Source: an uncultured Planctomycetota bacterium
GTDB taxonomy: Bacteria > Planctomycetota > Planctomycetia > Isosphaerales > Isosphaeraceae
DNA: 64,000 bases
Direction: 5' to 3'
NCBI GenBank assembly: GCA_963845755.1
Contig: CAWJTV010000047.1
Location: 96,001-160,000, forward strand
Each line of letters starts with the position of its first letter. Position 1 is the stretch's first letter. The translations under genes and the position numbers were made by a program. Of this stretch, positions 11,201 to 19,652 are shown piece by piece. The notes below the pieces were generated by a model, which worked only from the letters and a program-made list of their open reading frames with translations, searched no databases and had not been told where the DNA came from.

Positions 11201-12702
11201 AGACGCGGCGGTTTCTGGCGACCCTGCCGCCCACTCAGAGCGTGACCTGGCAGATGCGATTCAGCCCGCAGGGGACCTTGCTCGCCCTTGTCGGGATGGG
11301 CCCCATCGAGTTGTGGGACCCGGCAGCCCACAGTCTGGTTGCCGTGTTGCGGATGTCACAGCCCGACCCGCCGACGGACCTGGCGTTCTCGCCCGACGGC
11401 CGGACCCTCGCCGCTGGGGGCCGGGGCGCCTCAACTTCGATCTGGACGGTGACCGAGTCCGTTGCCCGGACCCAGCTCAGTGGTTTCGACGCGCGTCTCT
11501 CGTCGCTCACCTTTGGCAGCGACGGCACGCTGGCCGGAGGGCTCTGGGATGGCGCGGTGTGGTACTGGCGTCATGGCCGTTGCCCGGAAATCGGCACGGC
11601 GCTGGCGGAATCTCTGAAGTCCGGCACCGAGGCGCCGGACACACGGACCGGTCCGAAAGTCTCCCCCGCACCTCCTCTGGCCCAGGAGCCCGTTCGGGAC
11701 GCAGATTCCTCGCAGTCGTCCCACTCTTCGAACCGCGCCGGACACCCCGATCGACGATCCGAACCAGCGGGGCGCGGAGGGCTCAGTCGCGGCGGTGTCA
11801 TGAACCCCGCTTTGGTTGCCTTTGATTCGGAGGGTCGCCTCGTCGCGCACGACAGCCAGGGCCTGCGAATCTGGCCTGCGGGCTCGATCGAGATGCAGGC
11901 TCCTGCGATCCTTCGCCTCGCGCTGCCGAATGCGGAGGGACCCCTATGGCAGAGGACGACTCCCATGGCACGAACACCCGATGGGCGTTCGTTCGTCCTC
12001 GCCAGGTCCTCCGCCGTCTACCTCTGGCACCCCGAGTCACCGAACCGATTCGAGCTGGTAATCTCCCCGCCGAGGTCGGCCGTCGAGACGGCAATCGCCT
12101 CGAAGACCGGCCCGCGCCGCAAGTCGCCCGTTGCGACCGAATCGCCGGGTCCTCGATTCTGGGCTGTCCAGGTCTCACCGCACGGTGATCGCATCTATCT
12201 CATTGATGAGAATAATACGTTACAGACCTGGGCGCTGGACACGACTCCCGAGGGCTGCCATGCTCGCGCCTTGATCTGGAAAACGCCGCTTCCGACCGGA
12301 ATCTCCGGACTGGCCCTGCGTCCCGACGGAGGACTCCTGGCGGTGGTGGACCGCTCCTGGAACGTGACCCTTCTGGATACCAACCGGCTGACCGCTGCGA
12401 GCTGGATCAAGCTCCCGAGCGAGGAAACTGTGGGCATGGTGCTCGCGATGGCCTTCTCACCCGACGGCCGCGAACTCGCCGTCGGTATCCCGACAGGTTC
12501 GATCTTGATCTGGTCACTCGCACGGCCCAACCCCGCGGAGCCCAGACTGCGTCTCCCCGGCAACCGCGGGATGATTGCCGCACTGGCTTACGATGCCCGC
12601 GGCCAACGGCTGGCCAGTGCCATGATGATGGATCCCCTGGTCGAGGTCTGGGACCTCGACCACATCCGGCATGAGCTGGTCGAGCTGGGCCTGTCGGATT
12701 GA
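8245..12702 (+). CDS. Ser/Thr protein kinase with C-terminal WD40-like propeller
   Basis: LGRGGMGTVY, VALK, HRDVKPSN, DFGLA, GTPRYMSPEQ; one hydrophobic segment; repeated (A)FSPDG...W motifs. Confidence 0.93.
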   Translation: MTMVQRIDDSRPIDGGIPPGADDMDDRLGEAIEEYLTLAEREQAPELEEFLARYPDLTDDLRAAMEGLELVHGLVGRGVSPSSASSRGSGWDRRLESGHRIAGYRVVRELGRGGMGTVYEAVHVGLDRPVALKVLGTHAAPDSSARRRFLNEAKTAAGLHHTHIVPVFDVGQVGGLCYYAMQRIEGSGLDRVIRHLRRTRPTGGSGSGVVPSGLPASPGESLSAPGHSTSSSRFGRLWYRVSTGWLWRSTQQLPDAPGGVRMTWDRADAPPFSVARSGREGRGVFPTSPANDSTASWASRCGDRESHASRRPIEDPSGTTAGAVPACELAGPGSLRRDDEPPPFDPPRGSAYFRWVAAVGLQAADALAHAHQQGVIHRDVKPSNLLIDAKGGIWVTDFGLARRLADPGLTQHDSLLGTPRYMSPEQARTGSIDGRTDVYSLGATLYELLTSRPPFDGQSAAELIDQIGRDEPTPPRRVQPRLPRDLETIVLKALAKRPVNRYATGTELAEDLARFLSHEPVKARRISPIGRLWRIARRHPGIASVSTAAAAIVLAIATFAYVSILAQKNAAVLANKEKDRALESQEEANRQLHATLLKQYRSEADVMRGSNFPDRRNRGLESIKQAVSLGPDAAMRSELRDEAVEFLVLRDVPRRPELATNRTQGVVFSPGGNRLAALSEDGEQIDFWDIEHRLRLATLPTHSDPGTTPGLSVSQAGREPNPLEFSGDKRADRSQEAAPEAGDGTTSRRTGPRSGAAGSRRSPSYPRLALTGRCLVVVSPDNRGFRLLDALSGAPLRAVNRSDREPAGKTRDVLGLIADSAGHRFVTVERVFDEAPLPEMADLGAYDSHGEYQVILWDMEHLDQPLPTLRPIMARSGPPRSNQAPRPLLTAPLVAISPDGWHVAVSERHGKIVSLFSGVDGRRGRDERGAPREERNPASTSTPSNLAPIPTPIELNALALGPNGLLAMAGGSGMAGGGTVQLYDLETRRFLATLPPTQSVTWQMRFSPQGTLLALVGMGPIELWDPAAHSLVAVLRMSQPDPPTDLAFSPDGRTLAAGGRGASTSIWTVTESVARTQLSGFDARLSSLTFGSDGTLAGGLWDGAVWYWRHGRCPEIGTALAESLKSGTEAPDTRTGPKVSPAPPLAQEPVRDADSSQSSHSSNRAGHPDRRSEPAGRGGLSRGGVMNPALVAFDSEGRLVAHDSQGLRIWPAGSIEMQAPAILRLALPNAEGPLWQRTTPMARTPDGRSFVLARSSAVYLWHPESPNRFELVISPPRSAVETAIASKTGPRRKSPVATESPGPRFWAVQVSPHGDRIYLIDENNTLQTWALDTTPEGCHARALIWKTPLPTGISGLALRPDGGLLAVVDRSWNVTLLDTNRLTAASWIKLPSEETVGMVLAMAFSPDGRELAVGIPTGSILIWSLARPNPAEPRLRLPGNRGMIAALAYDARGQRLASAMMMDPLVEVWDLDHIRHELVELGLSD

Positions 12703-12764
12703 TCCGGATGGCGCCTGGCCGTCATCGTGCGGATCGATCGCCTGCGAGCGAGAGATAACGACCG

Positions 12765-13775
12765 CTATTCCGGATTGCGAGACGCCTCAGCATTCAGGTC
12801 GCCGCCGTGCACGAACTCGAACCCGAACCGCCCCTTGATGCAGAGGTGGCCGCGCGTGACCTCGACATCCATCGGCGAGGTCACCTTGACAATCCGGTTT
12901 TCCTGCACGTGGAGCGACAGCGTACAGCCGACTCCACAATAGGGACAGATCGTGTCGGTCTTCCTTTGCCGCGACTCGTCCCACGAGCCGGCCTTGCGCA
13001 TTTCATACTCGCTGCGAAACATCAGCGCCCCGGTCGGACAGACGCCAATGCAGTTGCCGCAGTAGACACACGCCGAATCGGGCAGCGGAACCGCGGCTTC
13101 GGTCGAGATCCTCGCGTCGAATCCACGGCCCGCCACCGCAATCGCGAACGTGTTCTGAGCATCGGTGCCACACGCCTCGACGCACTTGTAGCAGAGGATG
13201 CATTTCCCGTAGTCGCGAACATACAGGTCATTATCGACCTTGACCGGCTGGGCGACAGTCTCTGCGGTCGTCCCGTCAGAGGCGTGGTGATGGCCTGGTT
13301 CGCGATCATCGCGCGCCCCGGCATTTGCCGGGAGCATCGACGGCCCGTAGCGCTCCGGGCAAGCGCCGTAGCGCGCGGCGTATTCCCGGGCCTGGGGAGC
13401 CGTCGACAGGTCCACGGACGAGCCGAGGAACTCGAGGACCATCTTCCGCGCCAGACGGACGCGCGGCGTGTCGGTGCGGATTTCCATCGCCGGCTCGACG
13501 CGACGCGAACAGGCCGGGACCAGGGTCCGCGCACCGGCGAGTTCGACGACGCAGACGCGGCAGGCATTGACCGGCGTGAGGTTCTCGAGGTAGCAGAGCG
13601 TGGGCGTGTCGATTCCGCGCGACCGGCATGCGTCGAGGATCGTCGCGGAGGCCGGCACCAGGACCGGCTCACCATCGATGACGATCTCGAGGAGTGCGGG
13701 CTCCGGACGCCACGGAGGTGCCGGAAGCTCCCTGGGCGGCGGCGGTGATCGGAAGAAGATGGAGTCGTCGCTCAT
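12765..13775 (-). CDS. Formate dehydrogenase Fe-S subunit (2Fe-2S, 2x4Fe-4S and C-terminal molybdopterin-oxidoreductase Fe4S4 domain)
   Basis: PTLC..CRVC..PAC; CILCYKCVEAC; CVYCGNCIGVCP; TICPYCGVGC...LCIKGRFG. Confidence 0.9.
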   Translation of the reverse strand: MSDDSIFFRSPPPPRELPAPPWRPEPALLEIVIDGEPVLVPASATILDACRSRGIDTPTLCYLENLTPVNACRVCVVELAGARTLVPACSRRVEPAMEIRTDTPRVRLARKMVLEFLGSSVDLSTAPQAREYAARYGACPERYGPSMLPANAGARDDREPGHHHASDGTTAETVAQPVKVDNDLYVRDYGKCILCYKCVEACGTDAQNTFAIAVAGRGFDARISTEAAVPLPDSACVYCGNCIGVCPTGALMFRSEYEMRKAGSWDESRQRKTDTICPYCGVGCTLSLHVQENRIVKVTSPMDVEVTRGHLCIKGRFGFEFVHGGDLNAEASRNPE

Positions 13776-15646
13776 GACGGACTCTCCGATTCAGGTATTG
13801 GATCGAGCGTGGCCAGGGCCGACTCGATGGCACTGGAGGCGGTCTGTCCCAATCCGCAGATCGACGCATCGCGCATGACCTGGCCGATCTCCGCGAGCAA
13901 GGCCAACTCCTGGGCGCGACTGCCGATCATCCGGCCCGCCCGCAGTCGCTGCAACAGCTCTTCCTGACGCACAGTCCCCACACGGCAAGGGACGCATTGG
14001 CCGCACGACTCGTCGCGGAAGAAGGCCGCGATCCGCGCCAGGATATCTCCGAGCTCTACCGATTCGTCGAAGACCAGTATCACGCCCGAGCCGAGCGTGG
14101 CTCCGGCCGCGCGTGTTCCCTCGAAGGTCAGAGGCATGTTCAGCTTGTCCGGACCGACGAACACACCGGCGGCGCCACCGAGCAGCACCGCGCGAATCGG
14201 CTTCTCGCCCGGAACTCCGCCGGCCATCGCGATCAGCTCGCGAAGAGTGATGCCGAAATCGACCTCGTAGACGCCGGGCCGCGCCACGTGCCCCGAGACG
14301 CAGAAAAGCTTCGGTCCGCTGGACCCCGAGGTCCCGATGCCCGCATAAGCCGCGCCGCCTTGCATGAGGATCGGCGGGATGTTCACGAGGGTCTCGACGT
14401 TGTTGATCACCGTCGGCTTGCCGAACAGGCCGGATTGAACCGGGAAAGGAGGCTTGTTACGCGGCTCGCCGCGTCGACCCTCGATCGAGTTGAACAAGGC
14501 CGTCTCTTCGCCGCAGATATAAGCGCCTGCGCCGCGACGCAGCTCCACGTCGAACGTGAAGCCCGCGTTCTGGACGTTCTTACCTAGCCGGCCTGCGGCT
14601 CGGGCCGTGTCGATCGCCGCGGCCATCCGTCGCGTTGCGAGCGGATACTCTCCTCGCACGTAGAGGTATCCGCGCTCGCTGCCGGTCGCGAAGCCCGCGA
14701 TGCTCATTCCTTCGAGAACGGCGAACGGATCGCCCTCCATCAGGACGCGATCCTTGAACGTGCCGGGCTCCGACTCGTCGGCATTGCAGACAACGTAGTG
14801 AGGCCGGCCACTCGCTTTGGCCACGGCGTCCCACTTGCGTCCCGTGGGGAAGGCCGCACCACCTCGGCCCACGAGCTTCGAGGCCAACACCTCGCGAATG
14901 ACCCCGGCGGGGCCGATCTCGATCGCCCGGTCCAATGCGGCATAGCCACCCGAGGCGCAGTAGGCCTCAAGGCTCTCGGGGTCGATCCGGCCGATCCTGT
15001 GTAGCAGGCGAAGTGTTGGAGTGCCGGACTGCGGTACTGACCGTCGCATCGATTCGAAGTTAGCACCCTCGGCCGGGCCGGTAGAACCCCGCGCCGCGAG
15101 GATCTCGGCGGCTGTTGCCGGAGCGAGCGCGATCGCGCCGGGCAACTCGCCTGCATTCAGAACCAAGGCGGCCGGGGCCCGCTCACAAGAGCCCAGGCAG
15201 GGGCTGCGCTTCCAAGAACCTTCGCTTTCGTGACCGAGCGCCTGCTTCAGCTCGGCGCAGAGGTTCTCCGCCCCTTTGATCCGGCAGGCGATGTCGTCGC
15301 AGACGTGGGCGACGAACTGAGGACGCGGCGAGAGCGAGAAGAGGTGATAGAACGTGACGACTCCGTGCGCCTCGGCGGGCGGTATGGTCAGGCGCCGGCA
15401 GATGTAGTCCAGCGCGCCCGGCGGTATCCATCCGAACCGGGACTGGACTGCGTGGAGGGCGGGCAGGAGGAGATCGCGGCGGGACCGGGCCGCGTGGCCG
15501 CCGAGCGCGAAACCATGGCCTTCGGCCTCCACGTTCCGGAATCCACCGGCCCAGGCGGAGGTGGGTGGTCCCAGGACGGAATCGACGGCCGCTCGCTCGG
15601 TCGCCGTGGCTTCGGGGCCGTGAAAGTGAAGGTCCATCGTCCTCAT
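13772..15646 (-). CDS. NuoE-NuoF (FdsG-FdsB)-like fused NADH/FMN diaphorase subunit
   Basis: VCDDIAC...CLGSC; GRGGAAFPTG, NADESEPG, GAGAYICGEETAL, ESCGQCVPC...ICGLG. Confidence 0.92.
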   Translation of the reverse strand: MRTMDLHFHGPEATATERAAVDSVLGPPTSAWAGGFRNVEAEGHGFALGGHAARSRRDLLLPALHAVQSRFGWIPPGALDYICRRLTIPPAEAHGVVTFYHLFSLSPRPQFVAHVCDDIACRIKGAENLCAELKQALGHESEGSWKRSPCLGSCERAPAALVLNAGELPGAIALAPATAAEILAARGSTGPAEGANFESMRRSVPQSGTPTLRLLHRIGRIDPESLEAYCASGGYAALDRAIEIGPAGVIREVLASKLVGRGGAAFPTGRKWDAVAKASGRPHYVVCNADESEPGTFKDRVLMEGDPFAVLEGMSIAGFATGSERGYLYVRGEYPLATRRMAAAIDTARAAGRLGKNVQNAGFTFDVELRRGAGAYICGEETALFNSIEGRRGEPRNKPPFPVQSGLFGKPTVINNVETLVNIPPILMQGGAAYAGIGTSGSSGPKLFCVSGHVARPGVYEVDFGITLRELIAMAGGVPGEKPIRAVLLGGAAGVFVGPDKLNMPLTFEGTRAAGATLGSGVILVFDESVELGDILARIAAFFRDESCGQCVPCRVGTVRQEELLQRLRAGRMIGSRAQELALLAEIGQVMRDASICGLGQTASSAIESALATLDPIPESESPS

Positions 15647-17555
15647 TGAGCTCCCAGCCGCTCGACCCGGATTGCGGCGGCCTTGAACTCCGCGGTCCCC
15701 GACGTAGGGTCCGTGGCGTCAATCGTCAGGATATTCGTGGCGACCTCATCCTGGAAGTGAGGCGTCATGAACGTGAGCCCGGGGCGTAGGCCCTCGTCGA
15801 TGCGTATGGGGACCTCGATCCGACCCCGCCGCGAGGTGACTCGCACCACCTCGCCGTTCCGGACCCCGAGCCGGTCGGCGTCCTCCGGCGAGATGTCGAG
15901 GCTCTCGCCCCGGCGCATGGGCGAGGCGTAGCCCGAGGATTGCACGCCGGTGTTGTACTCGTCGAGCCGGCGCCCCGTCGTGAGCCGTAGCGGAAACTCG
16001 TCGGTCAATCGCTCGACCGGCGGGTCGTGCGCAACCGGGTGGAACGCGACTCTCGGGCCATTGAGCGGCCGCTCCCAGAGCCGGCTATGAAGAAACAATT
16101 CGCCCGGATGATCCTCGTCATAACAGGGCCACTGGAGCCCGTGCCGGGCTTCCAGGCGTGCGTAGCTCATCCCGGCGTAGGCGGGACAGAGTGTGCGCAC
16201 CTCGTTCCAGATGGTCTCGGCGTCCGGTTCGCCCCAATCGTGTCCCATCCGGTTCGCGAGGTCGAAGAGGATGCGGACGTCGTCCCGGGCGCCGCCGGGT
16301 GGGCCCAGGGCCTTCCGCACGCGCTGGACCCGCCGCTCGCTGTTGGTCACGGTTCCGTCCGATTCGCACCAGCCTGCCGAGGCCGGGAACACCACATCGG
16401 CCATCTCTGCGGTCGCGGTGAGGAAGATGTCCTGCACGACCAGGAAGTCGAGGCATTCGAGCCGATGCCGCGTCTGGACCTGGTCGGCTTCCGATTGGAG
16501 CGGGTTCTCGCCGAGGACGTAGAGGGCCCGGAAATCGCCCCGTTCCATCGCCTCGAACATCTCCGAGAGATGCCATCCGCGCGTCGCAGGGATCGACACG
16601 CCCCAGTGCCGCTCGAACTTCGAACGAAGCTCGTCGATCTCGACGTGCTGGAACCCGGGGAGCCGATCGGGGAGCGCGCCGATATCGCCACCGCCCTGGA
16701 CATTGTTCTGACCGCGCAACGGGTTGAGGCCGGATCCGTAGCGTCCCACGTGACCGGTCAGCAGAGACAGGTTGATCAGCGCGAGGACGTTATCGACCGC
16801 GTTGTGGTGCTCCGTGATCCCCAGCGTCCAGCAGATCATGGCTCGACCGGCCCTGGCGTAGGCGTGGGCCATCTCCCGGATCGACGATGCGGGGACCCCC
16901 GTCTCCCGCTCGGCGTAGGCAAGCGTATAGGGTTCCACGGCCCGCTGGTACGATTCGAAACCGGTTGTCGCCTGCGCGATGAACTCGCGATTCTCGAGTC
17001 CCGCGGCGATAATCTCGCGACCCACCGCATTGGCCAGCGCGATGTCGGAACCGACATCCAGGCCTAACCACGCATCGGCCCAGCCGCGGAGCTGGTCCGG
17101 CGCGGATCGATCGCGTAGAGACGGGCACCGTGATGGATGCCCTTGAGCAGGTGATGGAAGAAGATCGGATGCGTTTCGCGCGCGTTCGAGCCCCAGAGGA
17201 GAATCGTGTCCGTCTCCTCGATCTCGCGGTAGGAGCTCGTGCCCCCGCCCGCGCCGAACACCGTCGCCAGACCGGCGACACTCGGTGCGTGTCACGTACG
17301 ATTACAGCTATCGATGTTATTGCTGCCGATCACGACCCGCGCGAACTTCTGCGCGATGTAGTTCAGTTCGTTCGTGGTCTTGGAGCAACTGAACATCCCG
17401 AACGCTCGCGAGCCATGCCGCTCGATGGTCTGGCTCAGTCCACTCGCCGCGCGGTCGAGGGCCTCGTCCCAGCTCGCCGGGCGCAACGCGTCACCGTCGC
17501 GGACCAGCGGATCCCTCAGCCTGGCATATCGCCCCGCTTTGGTCTTGGTCTTCAT
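15643..17555 (-). CDS. fdhF: Mo/W-bisPGD formate dehydrogenase catalytic subunit, putative selenoprotein (Sec at TGA 17292-17294); apparent frameshift near 17085
   Basis: RLRDPLVR..ASWDEAL; NNIDSCNRT-U-HAPSVAGL; PLRGQNNVQG; DGTVTNSERRVQ; LTTGR; TAEFK. Confidence 0.9.
17250..17291 (-). promoter_or_regulatory. Putative bacterial SECIS hairpin immediately 3' of the in-frame UGA
   Basis: mRNA: UGA CA CGCACCGAG U GUCGCC GGUCU GGCGAC GGUG UUCGG CGCG; 6-bp upper stem, GGUCU loop, lower stem CCGAG/UUCGG. Confidence 0.72.
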
Positions 17556-17940
17556 CGTTCTCGTGCCGGTTGGAAGATGCGTGGGTAGGATACCGCCAGT
17601 TTCATTGTACGCGAATGAGGTCCGGACTCAAGCCGGCTTCTCGCGCGGCGGACCTGTTCGCCGGCACGGATTCGCAGCGAACTCGAAAGGCGATCGCTTA
17701 AATTGATTATATTTATATTAAAATATAATAAATAATTATTATAATGCGGTCCGGTATGTGCACGGGATGAACGGATTCCTCCGAAGCCGCGCGTGTTAGG
17801 TACGACGCGCGGTGCAGTCATCCCAGAGCATTCGCCACGGTTGTTCCGTTCGACGGTCTTGCCACGCCCCGACAATCGTGTTACCGAGAGAGAGGTGTCA
17901 CGGTTCAGACAACACGTGGGCAACGTTGAGGGGGACCCCG

Positions 17941-19075
17941 ATGAGCCAGATCGAGAAGATGTCTCGGAGCAGGGCGACGGACCAGGACCAGGCTACCACC
18001 GATCGTCGCGGGTTTCTGAGCGGAGCCGCGGCCGCGCTCGCGACGACCGCCATGGCCGCCGGCACCGCCGCCAGGGCCCAGACCCCGCGCCAGTACGGCC
18101 CACACGCCGAGCCCGTGCGCTATCCCGATCCCGACATCATGGTTCTCGACAAACGTTTCGCGAAGATCAAGATCGGTAACACTCCCATCCGGCGCCTGCA
18201 CACGGGCATGCTCTGGGCCGAAGGGCCGGCCTGGAACGGTGTGGGCAAGTATCTCGTCTGGTCCGATATCCCCAACGACGTCCAGCTCCGCTGGCTCGAG
18301 GATGACGGCCACGTCAGCGTGATGCGTCACCCGTCCGGCAACTCCAACGGCAACACCTTCGATCGCGAGGGCCGGCAGATCTCCTGCGAGCACGGCAACC
18401 GCCGGATGGTGCGCTACGAGCACGACGGCCAGACGACCATCCTGGCCGACCGCTTCGAGGGCAAGCCGCTCAACGCCCCCAACGACGCTGTCGTTCACCC
18501 CGACGGCGGAATCTGGTTCACCGATCCCGGATACGGCTCGCTCCTGGATTACGAAGGCCGCAAAGGAAAGCTCGAGATCAAGGAGGCCGTCTACCGGATC
18601 GACCCGACCAGCGGCAAGCTCGCCAAGGTCACCGACGAACTCTTCAAACCCAACGGCCTTTGCTTCTCCCCCGACTACAAGACGCTCTACATCGCCGACA
18701 CCGGCGCATCCCACTATCCCGAGGCGCCGCGCAACATTCGCGCGTATGACGTCGTCGACGGCACGAAGCTCGCGCGCGGACGGGAGTTCGTCTCGATGAA
18801 GATGTTCGACGGCCGGTGGCGAATTCGCCGGCTTCGCCGACGGCATCCGCTGCGACGAGGAGGGCAACCTCTACGCGGCCGGCGGCTGGGTCGGACCCGG
18901 CTACGACGGCGTCCACATCTTCGCCCCCGACGGCGTCCGGATTGGTCTGATCCTCCTGCCGGAGATCTGTGGAAACCTCTGCTTCGGAGGCCCCAAGCGG
19001 AACCGCCTCTTCGTGGTTGCCGGCCAGTCGCTCTACGCCGTTTACCTCGACACGCGCGGTGGCCATTTCGCCTGA
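17941..19075 (+). CDS. SMP-30/gluconolactonase family protein with Tat signal; apparent frameshift near 18810
   Basis: DRRGFLSGAAAA Tat motif; WAEGPAW, SNGNTFD, LNAPND, PNGLCFSPD; second frame ADGIRCD...NLCFGG. Confidence 0.9.
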
Positions 19076-19652
19076 CCACGAGTTCCTCTGAAACTGAGTT
19101 CCCGGAGGATCGCATACGTGCCTTCTGGAACCAGAACGCGAGCCCAGACGAGGTCCTCGGATCAGGCGACGGGCCTCCTTCCTCACGCGGCGGAGTCGCG
19201 CCCGGGAGTTGGCACATCGACTCGGGAACCCCTCTGTGACATAACACCCATTCGTTCCTGGATTTCGGGCGAAAAACCGACCGCACAGGATGGCGCTTTG
19301 TGGCAGCTTTTCGGACGATCTTCCGCGCTGGGTGCTCGATCTTCGACTCGCAGTGGGTCGGCGGAAACGGCAATCGTGGTCCGTGAGGATGGGAGGCGGG
19401 CCTACCTGAGATGGGGATGCCAGGCTGAGCGGAACCAGACCGCTCGCGCACACGCCACCCCCTAACTATTAGGATGCCACAGCTTTTCGAATCCGTTAAT
19501 GCACCTATCGAGAATTGGGCGCGGTTTCGAGTCACAACTCCTGGCGCGATTGAGATATAAAAATTTTCACAAAAAAAAGTAAGCGGTAGACTGTTTCCCC
19601 CGGACTGGAGCGTCGGTGGCTCCCGGGACCTGGGGCGGCGCGGCGGAAGACA

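Noticed and set aside
17292..17555. Stand-alone 87-aa protein or FDH pseudogene
   Set aside because: The stop falls exactly at the Cys/Sec ligand, the frame continues and a SECIS-like hairpin follows, so recoding is the better explanation.
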